A stretch of DNA of 63,478 nt, filler included, from Diploschistes diacapsis (taxonomy: Eukaryota), in the NCBI GenBank assembly GCA_023645945.1. It is 11 parts of 11 records of this genome, joined end to end, with 100 filler letters (N's around TTAATTAATTAA, not from the genome) between each part and the next. Parts side by side here need not be neighbours in the genome. Positions count along the whole stretch, not along the records: positions 1 to 23,434 come from JALAIB010000266.1; 10 more parts are not named here. One strand, 5' to 3'. Of this stretch, positions 1 to 11,450 are shown piece after piece. Numbering within the stretch: position 1 is the first letter of the stretch; each line of letters begins with the position of its first letter. The notes beneath the pieces were generated by a model. The model worked only from the letters and a program-made list of their open reading frames with translations, did not search any database and was not told the DNA's origin. A program made the translations under genes and the position numbers.

Positions 1-446
1 CTTGCCTTCCTTCGGCCCGACCGCGTTGGCATTGCCGCTGGCGCTGCCGCGAGCGTTCCTGCCGGCCATCGTGGGCGAGAAGCGCCCCGGGCCCGCGGGG
101 TCGGACAGCACGAACTGGTTGTGGACGGAGGAGAAGGCGGAGGGGCAGGAGAGGCGGTGGTGGTGGCGGTACGCGTGGAGGAAGGACGTTGGGAGGGTCG
201 ACCAGGGGATCTTTTGTGCCGTGGGGCGTTGGTCGGTTAGTTCAGGGGTGTGAATAATTTAGGGGGAAGGAGAGAGATATGGGATGGAAACGGGGTGCAG
301 GGAAGAGAAACAAGGGGGATAAAACCGCACCCCACTTCCGCCCTGCTCGCCCGCGCCTAGACTTGTAGGCAGATGGAGGCTGTTGCTGTTGCTGTTGCTG
401 TTGGACGCTTCTCCGCCTGTTGCGCCGCCGCCGGTACTGCCTGTGT

Positions 447-486
<40 letters not shown>

Positions 487-696
487 TCCTCCTCCTGCTG
501 CTGTCGTCGATGCAGCCCCAGATATGTCCCTGTGTGCACCTGTCTTCCTGCCCCTCGAGATGGCCGGATTCAGCGTCGTGCTGCTGCGGTCTTTGGCATG
601 GCTCGTGTGTGCCTGACTGTGCCCGGTGTTGTGTGGCGCGGAAGCTTCGGAGCGCGCGTCTTCCGGGAGGGGGTGCCGCGGGCGCGAGGGCGCCAT
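1..696 (-). CDS. Probable SAP30/Sin3-binding-domain protein (histone deacetylase complex subunit); 3' end runs off the window
   Basis: Exon 1 is 696-331 (MAPSRPRHPLPEDARSEAS..., with a poly-Ala tract). Intron 330-211 reads GTGCGG...CTAAC...AAG. Exon 2 reads IPWSTLPTSFLHAYRHHHRLSCPSAFSS...GRFSPTMAG. The 'D.RSEAS' start and 'WSxLPxxxLHAYRxxxxLxCPSAF' motif match my recollection of Pezizomycotina SAP30-like proteins. The Sin3-binding domain itself would lie outside the window. Confidence 0.6.
438..502. repeat. (GCT)n/(CCT)n microsatellite encoding a poly-Gly/poly-Ala tract in the SAP30-like exon 1
   Basis: About 12 perfect GCT units followed by CCT units, seen directly. Confidence 0.9.
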
Positions 697-1199
697 TGGC
701 TATGATGATGGCGTGGAGATGGTGGGGATTGAGGGCTGGAGGATTGGGGATTTCGGGAATGCAGGGGGGTGGGTTTGCTGGCTGCAGAAAGGGTTGTGGA
801 TGTGTGATTGCAGTAGCGAAGCTGGAGCCGAAGGACGTGGAATGCTAAGGCCTTGGATGGTAGAGGTACATCGGGAAGGGGGCACGCGTCTGGGCTGCAC
901 TGGCCATATCCACGTCATTTTTAAGGTTTGGCTTGAGTTGCCAAGCGAGCGTGAGTGCACGAGCTAGCAACAGATGGGGAAGTTTTGCTTTGTTAGGGGC
1001 TCAGGGGTTCTTGGGCTTGGCTTACGCTCGGGAGATGGGGGAAGAACTTGTTCAGCGCGCATGATGCCGATATTGTGAGAATTATGAATGTGTTTAATTA
1101 CATGCAATGTTCGTTCTTTCGACTGTCTGGCAAAGCATCTCAGCCTCTAGTTAGATCCTAAGCAGGGAATAATGGAGCAGACCACAACGTGCTTACCAA

Positions 1200-2500
1200 G
1201 CACAAATGAGACTGCCCTCGGCCGCTTTCAAGGCGTCTCAGCAGATTATATAGCCACGAAAGCTGCATGTAACCCTGGTGCCCATCTTCCCGAAAACATA
1301 ACTGTAGGTTCACAGCTGTAGTTAAGTAGACCGTATCCGATACGCTCCAAGGCGGTCCAGCAGTCTAGAGGCTCTGAGGGTGACTGTTTCGTAGACGTAC
1401 ATTTGGAGCGATATGGGATGGTACCTAGCCAGCGCTGAAGCACTTCAGCAGGCTAATAGTTTTGTAGCTTCCACCATCCTCCTCAATCGTATTTGATCTA
1501 GCAAAATCACATGTAGGTATTCGGTTTCTGCTTGAAACGGGCTTCAGCTGGTGCTTCGGCGCTTCCACGATCCTTAAAGCCACTCATACCGTAGTCAAAC
1601 CAGGCGTTCAGTCACAGCCTAGGCAGTCCTGGGCTCGAGGTAAGACACTTTATCAACCTAGAATCCATCTTCCTCTTTGCATCCGCTCACCGCCCCGGCT
1701 GATTTAGGGTGCTCCACTATTCCAGGGACCATCTTTTTATTGGGAAGTTAACCCGCTGCTGAGACTATCGTTGATTAGCATCAAGTCGCTTCAGTGATCT
1801 AGAACTAGTCTTATCCTCGGTGCTCATTAGCCGCTGAGACTATTCCTGACCGGCTTTGAAGCGCTCATCAACCTAGGGCCCATCTGCCTTGTGAGATCAG
1901 GCCACCGCTGAGACTGTGTCTAGCTGGTTCCCATATTCCTCATTGCTTCAGGGTTCTTTGTCGCTCTTCAGAACATGGCGTCTTTGAAACCGTTGTAGAT
2001 GATTCTAGAGTGCTTCGCTGATCTAGAGCCTGTCTCGCTTTCGGAACCAGGCCGCCACTGGGACATACCACAATCAGACTTAAGTCGCTTTGATCGTTTG
2101 AGGCATGCCTTGCTTTTTGACGTTATGTCTTCGCTAATACCATCTCGAGCTGATCGTAAGGCGCTCCATTGGTCTTCGGCTCGCCATTCTTTTGGTAGGT
2201 GTTCCATTGTCCTCCTCTTCATACATCCTCGTAGTCCGCTCCGTCGTACTCATTCGCTGCTGAGACTGTCGCTGACTGATTCAGAGGCGTTACATTAATA
2301 TGAGGCCCCTCAAACTCCTAATATCAATCCTCTGCTGAGATTAGCCATGGCTGATCCCGAGGCATTTTACCGACCCGAACCTTCTCATTCTCGTAAAATT
2401 CATCTGCTGCTGATACTATCCTGGCGAGCCTCAAGGCGCTTCAAAGACCCAGGGCTCCTCTTACGTTTCGCACTCGGTAGGTGCCAAGACTGGTTCTCGC
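1200..2500. repeat. Degenerate tandem array A, ~75 bp period
   Basis: Core GCTGAGACT, or a one-mismatch variant, at 1758, 1833, 1907, 2259, 2334 and 2409, most followed ~20-25 nt later by an AGGCGCTTC-like motif. Weaker copies lie near 1208 and 1996-2170. Confidence 0.75.
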
Positions 2501-3619
2501 TAACCGAGTCAGACCCGTGACGAGCCCGTAACCTGTCCGAGGCTCAGATATGAACACCTGCCTGTGTCCAAGCTCCGCAACCTCCTATTGCCCCCTTTTC
2601 CACAAATTCATCGGCGGAGAGCTCGCTCACCTTCAGCATCCACGGCTCGTGATGGTGATGGGCGCCGCAACAATCACTATTCATTCGGTCACTTTTTCTT
2701 TGTTTTCTCACCGTTTCAGACCTGATAGTCCACCTTTCCTTCGCGCTAAGGCCAGGTAGCAAGCATATGCATTCATCCATCCACCTGAATCTGTCTGATT
2801 GGCCCGCGCAGGGTCCGAGATTGACCTATGCTTGCTATAATTGCAAAACTTGAATAGCCGTGCTTGCTAAAAACCATCATTATAGCAAGCACATACGTAA
2901 AACGGAGGCTAGAGTGGGAGAAATATGACTCAGGTGCTGTCCCCCTCATGCTGCCAGCATACAGGTAGACTGGGTTCATATGGATAGAGCTTCAAGGGTA
3001 GGCAGGTAGAGACAGAGTAGCATCATCTCAGACCTCAAGCTCTCTCCGTAGTGTCTTCCTTCCGCCCAAGGACTGTAACAACTCCCAGTAGTCGCCTGTA
3101 GAGCCCAATCACCCTGCCTGCATGGACATCAGTACGTACTCTCCCTGTAGGATGAACTCACCTCTACCCGCTCGTATCCGATAGGCTGAGCCTGTTTGCA
3201 TGCCTTCCTATTCATCCTTTTTGCCTGTTTGTCTGTCCAATAGTCCCTATGATCTGCAGAAATGACTCAGGCTGTGATAAAAAGTATATAAAGCCCTTCA
3301 CCTCCCACCTCTTCACTTCTTTCTTTCTTTGTCCTACTCACTCATCACCTCTGAGCTCCATCTGTTATCCTACCTTGAGCTATCACATCATACTCTTCCT
3401 CCTCTTTATATGTATCGGCACTCACACAGACAAGCAAGAATATATGATCACATATATAACTTCATCCTATCAGACTTTTCTTCCACTACGTCGGTACATC
3501 CACACATTCAGCTTCTTACCCAGGCTCTTTCAGTATGTATACACGTCTAAGCACATGAGTAACTGTATAGTGTATGTGTCAGATGTTGAGTGACACCGAT
3601 GTATTAGGACAAAACCTTA

Positions 3620-4070
3620 AGCATCATGAGCGCATCAGAGGCGCTTCGGTGCTTTGTTCTCTCTCTTAGAGGAAACATTGTTGACCTTGTCTAAGGACGG
3701 CAGGGGCGCTTCGGCGCTTCGAGCTCTACCTTGCATGAAATTATGGTTGAGCCTGCTCAAGCGCAGGAGAGGTGCTTCAGCACTTTGTTCTCCTTCTCAA
3801 ATGGAACGTCTTCGGCCCTGTCTGAGCGTATCAAAGGCGTCTCAGCAATTTGAGCTCTTTCTCACAAGAAATTGGTTGTTTCTGTTAAGGACAGAAGAGG
3901 CGCTCCGCCATTTTGAGCTCACTCTCAGACGAATGGGTACTGAGCTTGCTTAAGTGCATAAGAGGCGCTCCAAGAAGCTGAGCTTAGTCTTGGATGGTAT
4001 GTTGCTTATCATGATTGAGCAGTCGAGGTGCCTTGGGGGTTTCAGCTCCATCCCAAACCAAAGGTACTGC
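3620..4070. repeat. Degenerate tandem array B, ~65 bp period, 7 units
   Basis: GAGGCGCTTC-like core at 3638, 3703, 3769, 3834, 3897, 3962 and 4025, each followed by a TT(T/C)G(A/T)(G/T)CTC-like motif. Confidence 0.8.
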
Positions 4071-7000
4071 TTCAACGACTTAATCACTCGAAGCCAAGGG
4101 ATTAGGATTGGCTTCTCCAATATTTCTTCTAGAACTCTCATTCCTCGAGGTGACCGAAAGTGCCCTGGGCATCAGAATTGATAGATATAACCCCATACAA
4201 GAAGCTAGGAATGCCTATAACATATAAGTCACTATATAAAGAGGCCCAGGACCCACGGGAATAGTTAGAAGAGATTCAAGAAGGGTTGTTGCCCGCTATC
4301 TATACGGCCAGATCTTCATAGGATTTTCGCGACAACCACTTGGCTGGCCTCGCAGTGTCGGCGCATCTGTGAGAAGAGTAGGGCGAATAGCAGTTGCATT
4401 CCATTGTTGGGGAATAAGTATATACGCATCAACCTGAAACGCGATAACGGCCTGAGGGAAACCCCAAAACATTCTCGAGAAGGGCCGCTGTTCGCTAAAA
4501 GTTGCCGAAACGTGCCCCAGAGATCTTTGCACGTTGCGCCATGCAACCAGGTTCTTCGCGAATTTTACCCAACCGAATCTTGCAGGACCTATGAGCGACT
4601 TAATCCTGAATTGCATACGATGCAGATCCTACCTCTGTACTCTGTTATAGATACCGTCGAAAGCCAAGAAGAATCATAACAGGTGCTGAGAAGATCGAGA
4701 GTCGATCCCGGAAAATAGTGAGGATGGTGTTTGCAAACGACAGGAATTCTCAGCGGAAGGTAGCGGCAGGGAAGGCCGCGAAGAGCAAGATATATGAGCG
4801 CTGCTAACTTCGTCCCCGAATCTTTACTATCGAATCAATAGGATTGTCTTGAGAACTAGTTGCATATTAAGAACAGCCTGTATACCGCGCTGGGAATGCC
4901 TGAGCACTCACATTTGTATAACCAGGATGTCTGTCTACTAATCCTGTGCGTTGCAAAATACCGCAGTTTAACGAATAATGGCTCGAGGAAACTCCAGCCA
5001 GTTCACATAGCCAGACGTGATCGAGTGGTATATGATCTGCATTTGTCTCCCAGGACCTCGAATATGTTATAACCACTATGGCTAGGATTGCTGCTGTGTT
5101 TGCTTACCTGATTGTTCAGTCTTGAAGCAAGGTCTCGGAGCGGCATGAAGAGTATTACACGATGAAGTAGGGGATCTAAACCTTCTTCCGCCATCCATAC
5201 GTGGCTAGGCGTTGGGGAAAAGCGGTCGAAGAAACTGCAACTTAGATCATAGGATTGATGTTTCTCAGTATTCTGGACAGGAAATAACCAAAGAAGCCTA
5301 TGAGAAATTATGAGAGAAGATGTTCGCCCTTCTTCAGGATCAGGTGTATGTTAGGTTCCATATCGTCTCTTCAGAGCGGCGGGTGTCTCCAAGGTCTTAT
5401 CATTTCCGCAGGATATTCCAGGATCCATGCGGAGCTCGGCAGCATTGAAGTTAGACTTTGAGAGAATCACTAAAATACTATTATCATTAGAGGTTAGAAA
5501 TAAGGGGACATATTGAGGAGGAAGACGTGTGTCATTTACCAATAACACTCGAGGACCCACTCTGTATTTTCATTGCAGGGTGAAGTTGGACACCCTCTTA
5601 CAAGTATGCCTTTTGCAGTGCCTTCGGAACAAATCCGAGGTCCCAACGCCACGGTGATGGAAAGATCGAGCATCACAGTCAGTCCTAGCAAAGGGAAAGA
5701 CGAGCGGGAAGCACTGGGTTAGGTATGCGTGGGTAGGAGATCGTTTTTCTTTGAACACCAAAGATCCTCGAATGATGTCCAACCAATGCGGACAGGATCC
5801 CGGAGTTGTGTGCATTTCTCCAAATGCCTCGCATGTCATTTGCGTTGGAAAAGCACAATATGATACAAGGAAGAGCCTTCTTCAAGAAATCACACCTGCG
5901 AAAGGTAAAACTCTCAATATAACACCGAGTGAAGGTTGATAACTAATACCGTTGACTGCTTCATCATGGCACTCGTTGTCAAACGAGGATTGCCAACTGG
6001 AGGCTTCAGAATGTATCCGAGGCTGAGACGATCGAGAGGCTGTTCAAAGGCAGGTTTTGAGTTCATCAGCAAGTGCCGGTTCCAGGATGTCCGAACGTGT
6101 TCAATGACCGTCTAGAGACCGTCAAAAGACGGCCCGACACCCTAACAGAGATAGTCTTAGGAGTCGTTCTCTTTTTACTCAAAGAACGTCAAGAAACAAA
6201 TATTCTCAATCTCTACAAAGAATAGCCACAATATCAAAGGACAGCTTCTCCTCTGACTTCCATAGCATCATTCTTCATCTGCAAAGAAGCGGCCAGGAGA
6301 GTAAAAGTGGTAGTCAAACACTGTCTTTCTCTATTCAGTACACGCGACCGTCGAACTCGTGGAAAGAACCATCATTCACCCTCTCAGGACCATTGTGCTT
6401 TGTCTTCTTGTGAGATGGCGCACCTGGAGAGGCCGGAGTGCAGCTAGAGAAGAAGTGTAGGGAATAACAACCGGTGTCCCTAGTGCTCGGCGAAATCCCA
6501 CAACTCATCAAACTAAACGGTGCAACTAGAACCTGTCTACCTCTGCCTGAGACTTTAAACATCCTAGCAGGATCACTGCACCTTCTGTCCCTGCCTTGAA
6601 AAATGCTTCAGCGAAAGGAGACAAAAATGAGATCTCAACTCAGCTCGAGCACTGTTCGCTTGTCCCTATATACAGCAACTTGGCATTACATGAGTGGGTT
6701 TTTGCAAAGGCTCAGCGTCGCTGCGCTGCCTATTCTTGGAAGTGAAAAACTGAAACCCCATTATAGAATATGATCGAGGCAAAGCAGGGCTTTCTCCGGT
6801 TTTGCCCTTCGTTCTTCGAAATCTTAGTCAACTGCAGGGTCCTACTGCATGTTTCCTGCGCCAAATGCTCTTGTGACCTGGCTTAGGCAGCCAGAAAAGA
6901 AACCGAGACCGGCGTACAGAAAAGAAATAAGAGAAAAAGAACAAACGAGGTGTGGTTGGGCTCGTCTGGCACACAGGACCTAGTTCAGTGCTTATGATGA

Positions 7001-7149
7001 GTTTGGACACGATGAGCTCTCAGGATCACAACCAGCAACCCGCAACAGGTCGGCGGGCAACAAATAATGGGAGAGGAACAACCAATCATCTCCGCAAAAA
7101 CGAGTGAGGATCAAAAACTCTTTCTCGGGAGTTATGCCAAGAAGGACCT

Positions 7150-7850
7150 TTCAAATTCGACGAAACTACAGTTGATAAGCTCAGGAGTCCTTCGAAACTA
7201 CTATTTACGAAGACAGAGGGTACATTACACATATCAAAATTCAAAGTTGCATATAGCCCAGCAGTTTCACTATCTAGCTGAACCTGTGCTAGCGATCACG
7301 AATAGGTTGTCGGCCGTTTCTGCGCATTGACGAAGGATCGAGTGAAGAATATAGTCACTAGCACCAAGTCCGGAAGGGCTCCTCGAAGAATTGTTAAATA
7401 GCAGGTTCATTACTGGAAATACAGTCCATCAGGACAACACGCCTCCCACTCTCGTAGACGAATTCTCTAGCGATGAAGTCCAACCAATATAGGCAGGTAT
7501 TGGTCACTCGTCTCGGCGTCAATGATCAGGCGAGGATCAACCCAGCTACCGACACCTAGCCCCGAAGGGCTCTTGGCTTGCGGACTCTCAAGATAGCAGG
7601 GACATTACTGTACACATGGCCCAAAGAGAAACCAACCCTCCTACTCCTGGAAAGGAACACTTCGGGAATGAAACCCAAAGATCATGGCGAAGTAGCGATC
7701 GCTTCTCTCTTCCTTCTGGTGTCAGGCGAGGAACACTCCACCTATACCAAGTCCCAAAAGGCGAGTGCCTAAATATGAAGACAATAGGTACATTATACAT
7801 ATCACAACACGAAGAAGCACAAAGATCTAAGGGAGTTTCTTCTTTTAGAT
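7150..7850. repeat. Degenerate tandem array C, ~190 bp period, ~4 units
   Basis: GAAGACAGAGGGTACATTACACATATCA (7209) and GAAGACAATAGGTACATTATACATATCA (7777) differ at 4 of 28 positions. CATTA(C/T) anchors lie at ~7223, 7408, 7603 and 7791. TCAGGCGAGGA occurs at ~7527 and ~7721. Confidence 0.65.
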
Positions 7851-8039
7851 CACCCTGGCCAAGCGAACATGGACCATCGTAGGTGGTTCTTTTTCATTGA
7901 CAAAGCCGAAAAGGATTTTCCGTTCTCTCAATGCGAGTATAATCACATCTGTTATGAATAACATATCACAACTCTCACTGGATTCCATTGAAGAGGTTAT
8001 CGAGAGGTTATCGATCGCCGTATCTACAAGGCGCAACTA

Positions 8040-9180
8040 GATTCCTGAATAGCAGATTAGAGGCACTATTGCACTGGATTCCTTCGTCTAGGCAAACTTC
8101 GTGCTGGCAGAGTACTTGCAGGCGCTAATCCATTTCAATCCAAAATGCGGTACAGTTTTTGCAAGCTTGCTTCTAGAATTCTGGCTGGATCAGGGCCTGG
8201 ATGCAGAGATCAAGAGATAGGGATAGTATCCATATCAACTCCCCAAGGATTTGCAGGGAATGTTTTCTGGAGACATCCAACTATGAATCGACGAGCCTGA
8301 ACCAGGCTACCAGGCTTTGTGTTGGCAGAGTACCTTACAGATACCATGCTACCTCCCTACAGTCTGAACGGATACATAGTTCCAGGCTTGCTTCTGAGTG
8401 TGACTGCCCAGTGGCTGGAAGTTTGAGAAGCGAGAAGAAAAAGAGATAGGTACAGTACACACAAGCAAATCGTCAATGCTGGCAGGAGAGCCTCGGAAGT
8501 TGTTGTTAACCGCCATCTTCGCACCAGGCAAATTTCGTGCTGGGGGAGTGCTTAGAGGCTCTGTTCTACCTCCATATAAAACGGAGGGAACACTATCTGC
8601 AGGCTTGATTTGACCTGTGACTAGGCGTGAGCTCGATTCTGGACCCCAGATAGGTTCAGTATCTGAGCGAAGTGCTACAAACCAGGAAGTTTGTCTGGGA
8701 GAGATTCAAATGTCGCCATCTTCGGACGAGGGGGATAGATTACGTGCTGGCAGACTACAGGCATTGATTACCTCCATACAGGACCCAGTCTTTATCCAGG
8801 CTTGCTTGCACTACGCAGTCGATGGGTGTCGATATGCCAAAAGACATCTAGGTATAGTACATCAACCGAATCTCCAATGATGACAGGAAATTTCTCTGGA
8901 GAGATTCTATTGCAACACCTGTCTTCGGACCAGGCAGACAAAACAGCATGCTCGTTCATTATATCCATAGACAGCTTCCTTATAGGACCAAGCTTTACCA
9001 AGCTTGCTTGCGAATTTTGAATAAAGCGGTTATCGAATGCGAAAACAGGGAGATGGAGAGGCGTACCTCATATAGCTACAACACCACCAGCATTTCCCAG
9101 CAAATCAGTGAAACCCTGTGGAGTGGCGCCAATTATCAGCTGTCAACTCCAGACCAGGCAAACTCCGTGCCGATATGTCA
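8040..9180. repeat. Degenerate tandem array D, ~200-220 bp period, ~5 units
   Basis: GTG(C/T)TGG anchor at 8101, 8319, 8537 and 8744, with a variant at 9167. CA(A/G)GCTTG(C/A)TT occurs at ~8162, 8383, 8600, 8797 and 8999. Confidence 0.7.
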
Positions 9181-11450
9181 CACAAATCGTTCCATAACAG
9201 GTACCCATACACAGCAGCAGATTACACGGGTTTGGGATTTGCCAAGGGATCTCTGTAGGGAAATCTTCAATCCATATACCTTAAACAGGCAGCCATGCTT
9301 TGTGCCGACAGACGATAGGAACTTCTCCCGAGATAGGTACATACCTATATATGACGACAGCCCTGAGAATTCCGGGTGTCTTATAGGCAACTCCTTTGAA
9401 GCAACACCAACCGCGACGCTCGTGATTAGGCCTCGACTCAACACATTAAAAGAATCTTCCGATATACTTTGTGCACTCGCACTCTGCAAAACAATCCCAA
9501 CAATTTCTGGTGCCTTATAGGAGGAACCTTCTCTGAAAAGCTTAACAACATTCAATTCCGATGAGGTTTCGCACTGGTAGAGTGCAAGAACTCCTCCGGA
9601 ACATGCTGGCACCTACACTATACCAAACAGCTTCAAGAGTTTCCGGTGTCTTATAGGGCGTTCTTGTGAAGTAATAGCAACGAATAGTCGCCGTACCAAG
9701 CGTGAGGTAACCAGACAGTGTGTCTTTAAACTACAGATACCCTTGATGACAGGCAGACGACCTACATACGACATTACAGCTGTCGAGGTTTCCTGGTGTC
9801 TTATAGTGGCTCTCTGTGGAGTAAGGCCAATTTTCAACTGTCAACGCTGGCCTAGGTAGACTGCGTGACAGCAGCTAACATGCACTCGCCAGACATAGGC
9901 ATCATTTACCAAAATACGAGGGTTATCTATCCAATGGGTTTCCAACAGCATACAGGGGTCTCTTGTATAGCAAGGCCAAGTACAAATTGGCAACGCAGTG
10001 CCGGTAGCTAGTATTCGCATGTCTGACACAGGTGCCGTCTATCTATATACAATTTCCGACAATCTCGTTAATTTCCAGCAGCTAACAGGCAGTCCCTGCT
10101 CAGGAAGGCCAACCATTTATTGTCAACTCTGGTATAGGTAGACTGCGTGCGCAACCCTTCAGAATTTCCGGTATCTTATAGGCAACCTTTGTGGTACAAT
10201 ATGAACCGCCATATCCAGCTAGGCTTCGTGCAGACACATTACATACTACTATCCTACCCATCATAGGTATCTACCTACCTATGCACAGCACCCCCGAGAA
10301 GTCCCGGTATCTTATAGGCAACCTCTGCGAAATCAATCGATCTGCCATGTTCACCCAGGCTTCGTGCTGGCAGACTATAAGTACACCGAGGAACGGTTAC
10401 ATTACCTATACACAAGCGTTGAGAATTTCCGGCGTCTTATAGGCAATCTCTGGGGAAGCGACCAAAACGTCAGTTCCTGCGAGGCTTCGTGCCGGCGAAT
10501 GATAGATACTCTCAAGCACAGGCAGACCACCTCTATACGACCATGCAGCCTCAAGAATTCCTGGTGTCATGTAAGAAACTTTCTGTGGAGCGATAGCAAA
10601 CCGCCAGGGCTTCACAATATCAAAATCAATCCACAGCAGCACATTCAATTCCCGGCCACTCAAAGGGGGGACGAAAAGCTCATTTTTTCGCCAGGGAAGC
10701 GGCACGAGCTCTCACCCCAGCAGAGGTCAAGGCTCTTTGCAACTTCCTTGGGAAACCAGGCGCAACAGGGCAACCAAAATCAAAAATCGCTGCAAATTCT
10801 CACTTAGGCTTCGTGCTAGCCGCGTATGGATACTCTGGAGCACCGATAGATTACCTATACACAATCTCATAGCCTTGGGATCTTTCGGTGTCTTATAGGA
10901 ACCCCCCCCCTGGAACAACAAAATCAACCCATATCTTCAAGAACAGACAAGGCTTCGTGCCGGCACATTCCTGATACTTTCCAACGTCCAGGTAGCTTTC
11001 GCTTCGTGCTGGCAGACTACCAAGAAAGGTAGCTGCCCATGTACAACAGCAGTCTTAACTACCACCGGCGTATTGACAGGAGGATTCTGTGCAGCAACCC
11101 AAGGCATCAACCGCCAAAGGTATCTGCATATTTACAGTCGCTGCCTTGAGGATTCCCGGTATCTTATAGGTAGTTCCCGCGGAAAGAATCTCGGCTGTCA
11201 AGATTGCAACAGGGAGACAGAACCCCCCGGGTGGAAAGATGACCCAGAAAGGTATCGACCGATATACAACAGAGACATATCTGCTCGCACTCACCATCAG
11301 GGAGCTCCTGTGGAGAAAACGCAACCCGACGATCTTGAACAGGCGTCGTGGAGGAGTCGTAGTAAAAAGACCAGCAACTGAGGTACTTACTTACAACAAC
11401 AGCGCTCTCCCAAATTCAGGGTTTTCCGTTTAGGGAACTTCCGTGGCAAG
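9180..11450. repeat. Degenerate tandem array E, ~125-150 bp period, with conserved motif GAATTTCCGGT(G/A)TCTTATAGGCAAC
   Basis: CTTATAG core at 9380, 9514, 9650, 9800, 10175, 10311, 10436, 10892 and 11163, with weaker copies near 9252, 9962, 10568, 11070 and 11428. A second motif, AGGCTTCGTGC, occurs at ~10221, 10357, 10482, 10806 and 10950. Confidence 0.85.

Noticed and set aside
357..848. Poly-Gln, poly-Cys and poly-Leu ORFs
   Set aside because: These are alternative frames of the same GCT microsatellite. Only the - strand poly-Ala frame splices into a recognisable protein.
9180..11450. CRISPR array
   Set aside because: The context is eukaryotic with no cas genes. The repeats are degenerate, and the ~110-nt spacers are related to one another.
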